The notes under the pieces were generated by a model. It did no database searches and had not been told where the DNA came from. It saw only the letters and a program-made list of their open reading frames with translations. Positions 1-13,621 of a stretch of 64,000 nt of DNA are shown here, in pieces. Positions within the stretch are counted from its first letter, which is position 1, and every line of letters starts with the position of its first letter. Both the position numbers and the translations under genes were made by a program. The stretch comes from Somniosus microcephalus (Eukaryota), in contig CM126226.1 in the NCBI GenBank assembly GCA_052327205.1, positions 30,256,001 through 30,320,000 of the forward strand, given 5' to 3'.

Positions 1-654
1 CACCTACAATTGTTTTCAAAAATCTCTCACGTATTTCTTGTCATTTTAAAAAATCCAAATAACGTATCAAAACAGCGGAATTGTTTCAAATCTAGATTCC
101 GCTTGCCTGACTTCAGTCAGCTTTAGCAGCAGCCCTGACTGGCCAGATTTTCCCCAGATTAAACGTGACTGAGGACCTCTGCTGGCCTCTGATTTTATTG
201 CCCATCTTCTGGCTTGTTCTGAGCAGTTTTGATACAGATGTATCCTTGTCGGTAACGAAAATACCTCGAATGTCTAACTCGGCCGCTTGTAGAAAAGACG
301 ATCTCACCCTGTGGACACAAAACTGTTCGATAACACATGCTGACAGTGCCACAGTCTTCCAGCATCACCTGTGCCCATTCCCTTTTTTGAGCAGTGGGAT
401 CTTAAACGTTGACGCCTCCGCGGCTACAGTGTCTTAGTGTAACTGCCCTGTAATTTCCCCTCCTTATTCTAAGTCTCATTCCTTCGGGAAGCGACAAGAC
501 ACTCGACATCCGTCCATAATTAATGCTGGGTCTCAGGAGCTGCCTGTGCTGGTGTTTGGTGTCTAGGGGGGTGAAGGGGTGAAGGGACGAGATGGATGAG
601 TCAAAAAATCCTGAGTTGGGAAACTGTCTCCTCAGCCAGTGCTGCTGCCTGGAT

Positions 655-1100
655 ACTCGAATCATACAATCCTAGAAATTTACAGCCAGTCGGCCCATCG
701 TGTCTGTGCTGGCTCTTGTGTTTAGTCGCACATCCCCGCTTTCTGTCTAGAAACATAGAAAAAAATAGGAGCAGGAGTCGGCCATTCGGCCCTTCGAGCC
801 TGCTCCGCCATTCAATATGATCATGGCTGCTCCTCTATCTCAATACCATATTCCCCTTCTCTCCCTATACCCCTTGATGCCTTTTGTTTCTATAGAAACA
901 TAGATTCTTACCCCTGTAGGTTCCCCATCCTCAAGTACCCGTCCAACTCCCTTTTAAAATTATTTATGGAATCAGCTTCTGCCACCTTTTCAGTTAGTTC
1001 CAGATCCCGACAACTCTCTGAGTGAAAAAAAATGTCTCCTCATCTCCCCTCTAGATCTTTTGCCCATGAGCTTAAGCCCATGACCTCTGGCTATTACTGA
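655..1100 (-). mobile_element. Decayed CR1-type LINE 3' fragment with a second, younger CR1 3' end nested at about 748-892
   Basis: Matches the 3' ends of the longer CR1 copies at 3074 and 6251 (ggcccatcgtgtctgtgctggc; taggagcaggagtcggccattcggccc...ccgccattcaat) and carries an 8-bp tail (tagaaaca). Confidence 0.65.
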
Positions 1101-1262
1101 TTGCAATTCTTCTGGGAAGGACCCCAGGGAGCTGCTGATGGAGTCACTCATTGATTTTCCCTCTCTCTCCTAATTTCCCCCCCCGTACAACACCTCCTCT
1201 CATGGTGTGTGAGATCAGGCGTTCCTCCTGAGCGCCAAAATCCAGCATTTGTTGAGGATTTC

Positions 1263-2254
1263 TTCAGGGCAGTGTCCTAGGCCCAACCATCTTCAGCTGC
1301 TTCATCAATGACCTTCCCTCCAACATAAGATCAGAAATGGGGATGTTCGCTGATGACTGCACAGTGTTCAGTGCCATTCACAACTCCTCAGATAATGAAG
1401 CAGTCCATGCCCGCATGCAACAAGACCTGGATGATGTTCAGGCTTGGGCTGATAAGTGGCAGGTAACATTCGCACCACAGAAGTGCCAGGCAATGGCTAT
1501 CTCCAACAAGCCAGAGTCTAACCACCTCCCCTTGACATTCAATGGCATTACCATCGCCGAATCCCCCACCATCAACATCTTGGGGGGTCACCATTGACAA
1601 GAAACTTAACTGGACCAGCCACATAAATACTGTGGCAACAAGAGCAGGTCAGAGGCTGGGTATTCTGCAGCAAGTGTCTCGCCTTCTGACTCCCCAAAGC
1701 TTTTCCACCATCTACAAGGCACAAGTAAGGAGTGTGATGGCATACTCTCCACTTGTCTGGATGAGTGCAGCTCCAACAACACTCAAGAAGCTCGACACCA
1801 TCCAGGACAAAGCAGCCGGCTTGATTGGCACCCCATCCACCACCTTAAACATTCACTCCCTCCACCACTCGTGTACCGTGGCTGCAGTGTGTACCATCTA
1901 CAAGATGCACTGCAACAACTCGTCAAGGCTTCTTCGACAGCACCTCCCAAACCCGTGACCACTACCACCTAGAAGGACAAGGGCAGCAGGCACATGGGAA
2001 CACCACCACCTCCAAGTTCCCCTCCAAGTCACACACCATCCTGACTTAGAGGTATATCGCTGATCCTTCATCGTCGCTGGGTCAAAATCCTGGAACTCCC
2101 TCCCTAACAGCACTGTGGTAGTATCATCACCACACGGACTGCAGTGGTTCAAGAAGGCGGCTCACCAACACCTCCTCAAGGGCAATTAGGGATGGGCAAT
2201 AAATGCTGACCTTGCCAGCAACGCCCACTTCCCATAAAAACAAATAAAAAAAAA
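1263..2254 (+). mobile_element. 5'-truncated non-LTR retrotransposon (CR1/L2 group), RT C-terminal half plus 3' UTR and A tail
   Basis: Translation gives QGSVLGP...FINDLP...GMFADDC (RT motifs). One frameshift near 1585 separates ORFs 1337-1597 and 1542-1958. Ends in an A-rich tail at about 2235-2254. Confidence 0.9.
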
Positions 2255-3073
2255 CATGAAAGATCCATACCTCAAATGTTAAACAGGGCCAGAGTGATCT
2301 CCCAGACTAGTTTTGATCGCCTAAGGAAGTCTGAGAGGAATTTTCCAGATTTTGCCCCCTAATTGGCCTGGATTTTTAATCTTTTTTTTTTACCTCTCCC
2401 AGGAGATTACGTGCTGGGGTGGGCAGTGTGTTTGTTGATGTACAAGGCATCATAACTATATGGGACAGGCTGGTTGGACCAGTAGGTCTTTTCCTGTCCC
2501 TCATTTTTTCGTATGCTCTTTATAGGCTGTCAGAGAACATCCAGTCACCTGGTCAGAAAAACCCACTGAGAAGCCCAGGTGAAGGGTCAGAGTGCAGGGC
2601 ACCGCCACATTTGAAAAGAGTAGGAGAGAAGAGAAGGTCAGTCAGGAAGCAGTGATCAGGTAGTGTCAAACTTACCAAAGGTGGATCTTGAAATGAATTG
2701 TAGAACACTGCAAACTTTAAGGAAATCACTAGTTTTACTGGTTCTGAATGGGTGAAGTGTTGATACCGTGGGTGTGATTAACAAGTAGACAGTATATAAG
2801 GGACAGTCAGGAACTCTGTGTGGGATATACAGATGTGGAATATAACATATAGAGAAAAACTGGAGGTGAAGGTATAAAACGAAAGCAGTACAAAACCTAC
2901 TGTGTCTAAAATGCACTGATTGTGCATGTTGGTGTGATGCTCCAATCCCACTCCCTCCCACAACACAACACAACGGTAAGCATTTTGACACAATCTGACA
3001 CTTTCAGCTCTACAGGATGAGGAGGTACAAAAGCACAGCTTTGAGTTGAGTTTGTTAGAATATGACTGGGTGC

Positions 3074-6000
3074 ATATAAGTACATAAGAAGTAGGAGCAG
3101 GAGTAGGCCATACGGCCCCTCGGGCCTGCTCCGCCATTCAATAGGATCATGGCTGATCCGAATCTAGAGTCACGTCCACTTCCCTGCCCTCTCCCCGTAA
3201 CCCCTAATTCCCTTATCTGCTAGGAAACTGTCTATCTCCATTTTAAATTTATTTAATGTTGCAGCTTCAGCAGCTCTCTGGGGTAGCAAATTCCATAGAC
3301 TTACTACCCTCTGAGTGAAGAAGTTTCTCCTCATCTCAGTTTTGAAAGGCCAGCCTCTTATTCTTAGATTATGCCCCCTAGTTCTAGTCTCACCCATCAG
3401 TGGAAACATCCTCACCGCATCCACCTGATCAAGCCTCCTCACAATCTTATATGTTTCGATAAGATCGCCTCTCATTCTTCTGAATTCCAATGAGTAGAGT
3501 CCCAACCTATTCAACCTTTCCTCATAAGTCAACCCCCTCATCTCCGGAATCAACCGAGTGAACCTTCTCTGAACCGCCTCGAGAGCAAGTATATCTTTTC
3601 TTAAATATGGGAACCAAAACTGTATGCAGTATTCCAGGTGTGGCCTCACCAATACCCTGTATAACTGCAGCAAGACTTCCCTGTTTTTATACTCCATCCC
3701 CCTCGCAATAAAAGCCAAGATTCCATTGGCCTTCCTGATCACCTGCTGCACCTGCATACTAACTTTTTGTGTTTCATGCACCAGGACCCCCAGATCCCTT
3801 TGTACTGTAGCACTTTGCAGTTTCTCTCCATTTAGATAATAACTTGCTCTTTGATTTTTTCTGCCAAAGTGCATAACCTCACACTTTCCAACATTATATT
3901 GCATCTGCCAAATCTCTGCCCACTCACTTAGCCTGTCTGTCCTTTTGCAGGTTTTTTATGTCCTCCTCACTCACTGCTTTCCCTCCCATCTTTGTATCGT
4001 CGGCAAACTTGGATATGTTGCACTCGGTCCCTTCCTCCAAATCGTTAATATAGATTGTAAAGAGTTGGGGTCCCAGCACTGACCCCTGCGGAACACCACT
4101 AGTTACTGATTGCCAGCCCGAGAACGAATCCCAACTCTTTGTTTTCTGTTAGATAGCCAATCTTCCACCCATGCCAGTATATTACCACCAATCCCGTGAT
4201 TTCTTATCTTAATCAGTAATCTTTTGTGTGGAACCTTGTCAAATGCCTTTTGGAAGTCCAAATACACTACATCCACTGGTTCCCCTTTATCCACCTTGTA
4301 TGTTACGTCCTCAAAGAGTTCGAGCAAATTTGTCAAACATGACTTCCCCTTCATAAAACCATGCTGACTCTGTCCTATTAAATTATGTTTATCCAAATGC
4401 TGTTACTGTTTCCTTAATAATGGACTCCAACATTTTGCCAACCACAGATGTTAGGCTAACTGGTCTATAGTTTCCAGCTTTTTGTCTATTTCCCTTCTTA
4501 AATAAGGGTGTTACATTAGCAGTTTTCCAATCTGCCGGGACCTTTCCTGAGTCCAGGGAGTTCTGGAAAATAATCACCAATGTATCCACAATCCCTACCA
4601 CCACTTCTCTCAAGACCCTAGGATATAGGCCATCAGGTCTGGGGGATTTATCCGCCTTAAGTCCCATTATTTTACTGAGTACCATCTCCTTAGTGATTTT
4701 AATCGTGTTTAGCTCCTCCCCCCCCCCCCCCATTGCCCCCTGTTTGTCCAGTGTTGGGATATTTTTAGTGTCCTCTACTGTAAAGACTGATACAAAATAT
4801 TTGTTCAGCGTCTTTGCCATCTCCATGTTCCCCACCACTAGTTTCCCAGTCCCATCCTCTAAGGGACCAACGTTCACTTTAGCCACCCTTTTTCTTTTTA
4901 TGTAGCTGTAGAAACTCTTGCTATCTGTTTTTATATTTTTTGCTAGTTTACTTTCATAATCTATCTTCCCTTTCTTAATTAATCTTTTAGTTATTGTTTG
5001 CTGGCTTTTAAATGCTTCCCAATCTTCTATCCTCCCACTAGATTTGGCTACTTTATATGCCCTTGTTTTCAGTCGAATACTATCCTTTATTACTTTACTA
5101 AGCCACAGATGGCTGTCTTTTCTTTTACTCCCCTTTTTCCTCAGTGGAATATATTTATCTTGAAAGATGTGAAATATCTCCTTGAATGTAGACCACTGCT
5201 CTTGTACCATCTTACACTTTAATCTGTTTTCCCAGTCCACTTTAGTCAATTCTACTCTCATACCTTCATAGTCTCCTTTATTTAAGCTTAGTACGCTATT
5301 TTGAGATCCAACTCCCTCACCCTCAAACTGAATTTGGAATTCAACCATATTATGGTCACTCATTCCAAGGGGATCCTTTACTTGGACATTTTTTATTAAT
5401 CCTGTCTCATTACACAGGACCAGATCTAAGATTGCCTGCCCCCTGGTTGGTTCAGTTACATACTGCTCAAGGAACCCGTCCCTAATACACTCTATAAACT
5501 CTTCCTCAAGGCTGCCATGCCCAATTTGATTAGTCCAGTCAATATGAAAGTTAAAATCCCCCATGATTATAGCTGTTCCCTTATTACAAGCCCCAACTAT
5601 TTCCTGATTTATACTCCGACCAACAGAGTTGCAACTGTTAGGAAGCCTATAGACTACGCCCACTAGTGACTTTTTCCCCTTATTATTCCTTATCTCCACC
5701 CAAACTATTTCACTATCCTGATCCTTTGACCCAATATCATTTCTGACTATTGCTGTGATTCCATCCTTGATTAACATAGCAACCCCACCTCCCTTTCCTT
5801 CCTGTCTGTCCTTCCTAATTGTCAAATACCCTTGTATGTTTAGTTCCCAGTCATGATTATCTTGCAGCCATGTTTCCGTAATGGCTACCAGATCATACCC
5901 ATGTGTAGTTATTTGTACCGTCAACTCGTCAATTTTGTTACGAATGCTGCGTGCATTCAGATAAAGAACTTTCAAATATGTTTTCTGACAATTTATTCCT

Positions 6001-6110
6001 GCTTTTACCCCTTTTACTACTTTACCTTTATCATTATACATTCTGTCCCTTCCTGACACGCTCTGGTTTTTAGTTCCCCCACTGCTACCTTGCTCGATTG
6101 CCTTCTCCGC
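3074..6110 (-). mobile_element. CR1 (HER1-like) LINE, nearly full ORF2 (APE endonuclease plus RT), disabled by small deletions
   Basis: ORF 4389-6215 has EN motifs NARS, ETWL, GDFN and SDH. RT continues in 4103-4396 (DFQKAFD), FADD near 4000 and 3170-3904 (RPHLEYC...GIRGYG). Frame breaks near 4395, 4130 and 3940. 8-bp 3' tail (cttatgta). Confidence 0.95.
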
Positions 6111-6250
6111 TGTCATTTTAATTTTTCGCTCAATAACAATCAAAGTCAGGCTGAATTTGATTCTTGAAAAAAAAAGTGTTGTATTCAAAGCTTGTGTACT
6201 GAAACACTGTGCCATGGGGCATGAGCTGGCAGATTTGTGCCCCTGGCTCT

Positions 6251-7455
6251 CATAGAGTCATAGAGTTATACAGCACAGAAAGAGGCCCTTCAGCCCATCG
6301 TGTCTGTGCTGGCCATCAAGCCTATTCTAATCCCATTTTCCAGCACTTGGTCCATAGCCTTGTATGCTATGGTGTTTCAAGTGCTCATCTAAATGCTTCT
6401 TGAATTTTGTGAGGGTTCCTGCCTCTACCACCCTTTCAGGCAGTGAGTTCCAGATTCCAACCACCCTCTGGGTGAAAAAGATTTTCCTCAAATCCCCTCT
6501 AAACCTCCTGCCCCTTACCTTGAAACTATGCCCCCTGGTTATTGACCCCTCTACTAAGGGGAAAAGTTCCTTTCTATCTACCCTATCTATGCCCCTCATA
6601 ATTTTGTACACCTCAATCAGGTCCCCCCTCAGCCTTCTCTGCTCTATGGAAAATAACCCCAGCCTGTCCACTCTCTCTTCATAGCTGAAACGCTCCAGCC
6701 CAGGTAACATCCTGGTGAATCTCCAATGCAATCACATCCTTCCTATAGTGTGGCGACCAGAATTGCACACAGCATTCCAGCTGTGGCCTAACTAGCATTT
6801 TGTACAGCTCCATCATAACCTCCCTGCTCTTATATTCTATGCCTCGGCTAATGAAGGCAAGTATCCCATATGGCTTCTTAACCACCTTATCTACCTGTCC
6901 TGTTGCCTTCAGGGATCTATGTACATGCACACCAAGGTCCCTCTGATCCTGTCCTTCCTAGGGTCCTACCATTCATTGTGTATTCCCTTGCCTTGTTAGT
7001 CCTCCCAAAATACATCACCTCACACTTTTCAGGGTTAAGTTCCATTTGCCACTGTTCTGCCCATCAGACCAACCCGTCTATATCGTCCTGTAGCCTGAGG
7101 CTTCCCTCCTCGCTATTTACCACTCCACCAATTTTCGTGTCATCTGCGAACTTAAAGATCATACCTCCTACATTCATATCTAAATCATTAATGTACACTA
7201 CAAACAGCAAGGGGCCCAGCACTGATCACTGCAGTACACCACTGGACACAGGCTTCCAGTCACAAAAACAACCTTCGACCATCATCCTCTGCCTCCTGCC
7301 GCTAAGCCAATTTTGGATCCAATGTGCCAAATTGCCCTGGATCCCATGGGCTCTTACCTTCTTGACCAGTCTCCCATGCAGGACTTTTGTCAAAAGCCTT
7401 ACTGAAGTCCATGTACACTACATCAACTGCACTACCCTCATCCACACACCTAGAC
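6251..7455 (-). mobile_element. 5'-truncated CR1 LINE, second subfamily
   Basis: ORFs 6327-6731 and 6679-6930 give CR1 ORF2 C-terminus (RPQLECCVQFWSP, RRLRGDLIEVYKI, FFTQRVV). Tail repeat catagagt x2. Confidence 0.92.
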
Positions 7456-9845
7456 ATAACCTCCACAGAGACATAGCAATGACTGAGAGCTGTCTTGCTG
7501 CTCTCACAGGCTGGTAACGGAGAAGCATTGGCGTACCTTTTCTACCCCTCCCCCAGTCGACTGGGAATGCTGCCTAGAGAGGTCTGCAGAGGGGAACAAA
7601 TAAACTGAAAATGGGAGGGGGAAACAAAACCTGCATTTAAAAAGTTGTGATTGGTGCTTTTGGTTTCTGGCTGAGATGATCCCTATTTGACAGCAATGGC
7701 GTTGGTGGCACAACCTTCAGCTCTTTGGAACTCTCTCCCTCAACCTGTCTCCCTGCCTGCTTCTTTCTCCGTGGTTAAGGACCTCCTTCTCAAAACCGAT
7801 CTTTTCAACAAAGCTTTTGATCATCTCTCCTAACTCTTCTAGTAGTGTTCAGTACCCCCTTCTCCTCTGTGAAGTACCTTGAGATGTTCTCCATGTTAAG
7901 GTGCTGTATAAATGTAAGTTTATGAATTGCACTGCTCGCCTGGGCTTTGCTTATCTATGGCTAGAAAACCTGGCAGTTGGTAACTACTGTTTAATTTGGC
8001 AAACATCTTGTGATCCTCCTCCATCCCTCTTCACCCCACCAGTGGCAGCCGTGCCTTCGTGCTGTGGTATTGGTGTCAAATTTTGTCTGATAATACTCCC
8101 GTGAAGCGCCCTGGGATGTTTTACTCCGTTAAAGGTGCTATATAAATGCAAGTTGTTGTTGCCCACACCTTCTGCCTCTCTTCTTTTAAGATTCTCCTTC
8201 AAACCCATATCATTGACTAAGATTTGGTCACCCCCCTCCTAATATTTTTTGCTTACGCTTCTAGGAAGCACTTTTTGGGACGTTTTTCTACCTGTAAGGC
8301 GCTATATAAATGTAAGTTGTTGGTGGTGCTGCTGCTTTCAGGGGAGCCTTTCAAACCCCTCCTGATGCCGGGGGCATTAGCAGCACCTCGTTCCGCTGCT
8401 GCCACGGAACCTGGGCCAGCATTGGCACCAGGGTTGTAATTGAAGGGGGTGATAGATTTTAAATAAGGAAACCCAAAAATGGAACGCAGGTCCCTCCTGT
8501 TGTACACAGAAAAAAAATCTTGTGTTTTTTTTAAACTAGAAGAGAGGCCTGAAATCCAGGGTTGAGCTGCAGTTCTGTAGCTGCACTCCCAAACTATCCA
8601 AGACTCTGGCTGCAGTACAACTTGCAAACGAGCTCGATGTATGAGTCACGTCCCAGTGGGTGACTCATGATGTAGTTCTGTGGTTGCCCGATCCATACCG
8701 GACTGAACTGGCCCCTTGGCACCAAAAGCTGGCGCAATCAGGATGTCCACCTCACTGAGATGGCAAGCCTGTCCAGCTCCTCTGTGGGAGCCGGGATAAC
8801 TGACCAGGGTCTTGGGGAGGAGGTTGTAATTCCTGCGCTGTTTGGACAGAGCCCCCTGGATGTTCAGCTGACATGTGGACGCCAGCTTTGGAGACAGAAG
8901 TATCTCAAGTTTGGACCCTCCTCGTTTATCAAATTTGGATGCAGGGCTGTACAGACTTGGATAAAACAAATGTAGTTTATTGAGACGCCACCAGGTCACA
9001 CGCTGTGCTGGAATCAAACTTGACAGCATACAGATTGAGGCTTGTCCCAGCAGGCTCACTGAGCATGGGGCTGAGCCAAGCAGTTTAGATCAGCAAAGAT
9101 ACTTGCATTTAAAATACGTCAATGCAAAAAAAAATACAATTTTATACAAAATTTGTAAGGAGAAACCTTGTTTTAATTTGAATTTTTGAACGGATAGAAG
9201 CTTTGGGTCAGTCCCTAGTTTATGGTAAAATATACAGGCAGATCAGGAAATGAAATTTTAATAACCAGTGCACGAAATGCACAACAATATAAACTGCAGC
9301 AAATGAACTGATTCCCACAGACTGGTAAATGGTTCTGGTTACACAGTTTCATATTGTTCAATTGCTATAATCCAGTTCTGTGCTTTGAGCTGATAGTCAG
9401 TGTTAGCGTAATACCTGTTTGCAAAACATTTATTTAACCAGCGTTCTGAGGTCAGGCAGCAGTCTGACTCTCGGGAGGTAAGGAAGTAATTTCCAGTTTG
9501 AGCAGCACCATGCCCCAGGACACGAGACAGGAGTCGCTCCCATTAATCCAAGCTGGAAATAGAAAGTAACCCTCAGCGAGAAATGCGGCACCAGGTCAGA
9601 ATCTGTAACATGAGTACGGGTCGGGCCTCAGTTAGGGACACAGAGCTGCAATCTGTACCGCGGCTCCATGGAGTCAGTTACACCACAATTATCCCAAATG
9701 TAGGAATGTATCTGAGTGGACTCACTGGTGTCTGGAATCTTCTGATTTTCCTGCAGCTGTAAGATTGTAACATAAATGGATTTCGTTTGGAAAGTTTGAC
9801 TGTTTTAACCTCACCCAGCACAAGCTCAGGACGTGAATATTTATT

Positions 9846-10054
9846 TAATAGCAAAATACTGCAGATGCTGGAAATCTGAAATAACAACAGAAAATGCTGG
9901 AAATACTCAGCAGGCCAGGCAGCATCCGTGGAGAGAGAAACAGAGTTAACGTTTCATCAGAAGGGTCCCAGACCTGAAACGTTAACTCTGTTTCTCTCTC
10001 CACGGATGCTGCCTGGCCTGCTGAGTATTTCCAGCATTTTCTGTTGTTATTTCA
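9846..10054. mobile_element. Penelope-type palindromic element (perfect 80-bp inverted arms) with 12-bp TSD
   Basis: 9877-9956 is the exact reverse complement of 9975-10054 (18-nt loop). tgaatatttatt is directly repeated at 9834-9845 and 10055-10066. Family assignment is from recall. Confidence 0.8.
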
Positions 10055-10487
10055 TGAATATTTATTGCCCGATAATCATCATGGATTTGGCTCAGACAGC
10101 CTGCTTTTAAGTAGGTTGTTTCAAAATTTCGAAACCAGATACTGAAAGTTTGCTTATTTAAAAGAATTAAAGTCTATTTTCCTGTGTTTATGACATGGAA
10201 GCATTAATTATTGCTATTAGTTTGGATTTTTGATGAATTTCAAAGCAAACATCGGGTCCTGAGCCCTGCGTCCTGACCCTTCCCATGTCCACTTGGGTCT
10301 TGACATAAAATGGCAGCTCCCTGCTACTTCAGTCTCAGTACTGAGCAAATGGGTAAAGGGCCTCACTGTTGCAAACCTAATTCTCACTCAGACACATCAG
10401 TGGACCCACATTGGAGAGTAAGTCAGGATGCACCGAAACAGCATTTTTCACATTTCCTCTATCAATTTACTTTTTCTTTTCTCCTCT

Positions 10488-10957
10488 CTCAGCTGTGGCT
10501 CTGTGGGTAGTACACTCGCCTCTGAGTCAGAAGGTTGTGGGTTCATAGTCCCACTCCAGGGACTTGAGCACATAAAACTAGGCTGACACTCCAATGCAGT
10601 GCTGAGGGAGTGCTGCACTGTCGGAGGTGTCGTCTTTGGATGAGACGTTAAACCGAGGCCCCGTCTGCCCTCTCTGGTGGATGTAAAAGACCCCATGGCA
10701 CTATTTCAAAGAAGAGCAGGAGAGTTATCCCTGGTGTCCTGGCCAATATTTATCCCTCAACCAACATAATAAAAACAGATTATCTGGTCATTTTCACATT
10801 GCTGTTTGTGGGACCTTGCTGTGTGCAAATTGGCTGCCGCATTTCCCACATTACAACAGTGACTCCACTTCAAAAGTACTTCATTGACTGTAAAGTGCTT
10901 TGAGACGTCCGGTGGTCATGAAAGGCGCTATATAAATGCAAGTCTTTCTTTTTCTTT
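10488..10957 (+). mobile_element. Deu-domain SINE (SacSINE1/AmnSINE1-like), full length
   Basis: tRNA-like head (gtggctc...gggttc), central gctgtttgtggga...aaattggctgcc, tail gcgctatataaatgcaagtctttc. Near-identical to the copy at 25472. Confidence 0.85.
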
Positions 10958-12193
10958 GTGTCTTTCCAACCCATTCTCCAGAAGTTGGCTCAGTGATGTG
11001 CACAGCCCTCAGCTCTGCTGAAGATCGCCTGAATCATTTCATACCAGAAGTCCATGTAAGATCCTCCAAATGGAGTGGGATGATTTGATCCTCTGATGTT
11101 TGAATGTGCTGTGACTCTCCAGTGAAGGCATCTCTTGCATATGGATGGGGAGCGTCCCCTTACTCAGCTCATGATGGCCAATGAGAATCGAAGCAATTGC
11201 AATTTGGTGTATGCAGGCGATGTTTGGCCAGGCAGCTGAGTGTCTTGGGGGCTCCCTCAGCAACAGACAGATGACAGAGTAATGTGACGGAGATGGACAG
11301 CTGTCGAAAGTTTGGGACCTTTTAAGTTAAACTCATTCTTCAGATGCTCTCTGGCTCCAGTCATTACAAGGAAATGAATGAAAATGGGCTGGGAGGAATA
11401 ATAACCCCTCCATTCCTTGCATCAGGATTTGCCTAGCCTGTGATTTTTTGCCTCTCCCTGTATCATGACTGAGATCAGACACTTGTAGGCAATCACAAGA
11501 ATGGATCTCATTCTTTGCATGTTCTTTCATCCCTGTTCTTTGCTCCATCCCACACCGCCGTTGGGTTCCTGCCCCATTTCCTGACTGAGAAGGCAGTCAG
11601 GTGGCCAATTCCTATCTGTTCAGTACAAGCCACTAGGAAGCGGCTCCCTTGGGTCCCTGATCCCTGCTGGGTGCTCCTCCAGTGGCTGGGGAACACTAGG
11701 CGTTTATTATATGGGGCCATTGAGGGGCAAACTCTGCTCAATTGCAGAAGCTTCCAGTGACTGTAACTGAACAAATACACCAATGTTACATTTGTTGAAT
11801 GGTATTTTACAATCTGTTCCAGTGCTGTAAATGGAACATACAAACAGGAACTGGCTCTCATCATTGCCAAACCCAGGTGACGGGTTCAGGCCTATGGTGT
11901 AGGGCATTACCAAGACTGAAAAGAATAGGGGAGATGATGCGGTAAATCAGGAGGAGGTGATTAGTTGACACCAAGCTTGAGTTTCAAAAGCCTGTAAATT
12001 GTAGGAGGGAGGGAAGATTGAGGGAGGTGAAGGATTCCTCAATTTTGAGCTCCTGGGAAAGAATGTAGGAGTCAGTACGATGTCTTGATTTCAACACAGT
12101 GAGGATGCAGGGAGGACAAAGACTGTGTAGGTCGGGGTAGTTGAATCTTAGGGGGAACAAAAGAGGAAATGGCTAGTTTATTAGGATATAAGT

Positions 12194-12534
12194 CGTCGTC
12201 GTACGTGTCCTCACACTGTTCCCTTTGGGAAACTGTATGAAGTGGTGGAAGGATTTCTGGCCATGTTTAATGCTCCTTCCGTGACCGTAACCATCTTCGT
12301 ACCAGCCATTAGGGTGGTTAGTCCTATGGCGGGAGGGTTTTACGGGCTCCCACAACCCATACGAGGGGGGGGGCCACCCACACCCACGGACGCAAGTATC
12401 CCGCTGGATGTCAACCCAGAATTTAGAGCCGGAGCTCCGACCCCACTTGCCAGGACTGTCTGGAGCAGGGTTCGAAACCCTATACCTTCTGGCCCAGCGG
12501 CGGGGATGCTACCGCTATGCCAAAGGCCCACTCC
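12194..12534 (-). mobile_element. Young tRNA-derived SINE (341 bp) with 12-bp TSD and (GAC)n tail
   Basis: A box TGGCATAGCGG (12512-12522) and B box GGGTTTCGAACCC (12468-12480) on the minus strand. TSD taggatataagt at 12182-12193 and 12535-12546. CpGs retained. Confidence 0.85.
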
Positions 12535-12945
12535 TAGGATATAAGTAAACTGGTGAGATAGGCCTGTAAGTGACTAGTACTGCAGGGTGAGGATCATGTT
12601 CTCTTTGTGTTATTAATGGTTTATCTCCCAGTAATACTTCACTCCCCGTCTCATAGGAACAGGAGTAGACCATTCAGCCCCTCGAGCCTGTACCGCACTC
12701 AACTTGATCATGATCTGTACCTCAACTCCATTTAAGAAGGCCCAGCCAGCAAGGGTTGGTTCAGTTCCCAGATTTTTTTGAATTATTGATTTAATTTCAA
12801 ATATTTGGGCTGATGAAGGTGACTGATGTCGTGCTGCAGAATGGCAACACCCTTCACTTTTGTCAGTGTTACCGCTGGGTTACATGACATGTGCTGGGGA
12901 GGGGTTCTTGTTGCAGTGTTTGAGGAGCTGTGGGTGGAACCCTAT

Positions 12946-13535
12946 GGGGTAGATTTTAACCATCGGGCAGCGGAGTGCCAGCGCACTGCCTGGCCGCTCG
13001 ATAGTGCCAGCGAGAGGCCTGGTCCATTTCGAGGACCAAGCCTCATTAACATATGAGCAGCCAGATTCACACCCAAACGGATGTCCCGATGCAGCTCGCC
13101 GAAGCAGCAGCTCAATATTGGGCGGCCCAAAGGCCAATCCGGCCTGGTTATGGCTAGGTCCATGTGGGAGGATGGTTGCAAATGTGGAGAGAGGACCTCG
13201 GGGTGGCAGCGGCCCGTATTGTTCTTGTGGAGTTGCAGCTCTGCTCCTCTTGGCCCCATAAAAATAATTGTAGCACTTTATTAGGCCGTCTCCTTTTCTG
13301 CCAGGTTTTACTGAGCGGATGGTCCACAGCGGACGCTCTGCCCAATCAATAGCTAAAATGGCATTGGGGTATGTACGTCATAGGACCCCTGATTTGCATA
13401 GATCAATGAAGCGCCCACCAGAAGGACCCTGGAAAAATGGTGGTGAAACAGGAATGGGATGGTAAATCCACCAACTCCATTTTAATTCTACTACTTTCCC
13501 CTTTCCGCCTGGTGGAGGGAGTTAAAGTCTCTCCC
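12946..13535. mobile_element. Non-autonomous DNA transposon (PIF/Harbinger-like MITE)
   Basis: Imperfect 15-bp TIRs (ggggtagattttaac / gttaaagtctctccc, 12 of 15 match) flanked by tat on both sides (3-bp TSD). GC-rich non-coding interior. Confidence 0.65.
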
Positions 13536-13621
13536 TATGTATCTTATATGTGATCGTACCTGAGTAAGAGTATCTGCTGTGAGTAGTTTCAAATGGAAAG
13601 TATATTCCATTTGCCTGTGTG

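Noticed and set aside
12460-12534. tRNA gene
   Set aside because: A and B boxes are present but no full cloverleaf. It is the head of a TSD-flanked SINE.
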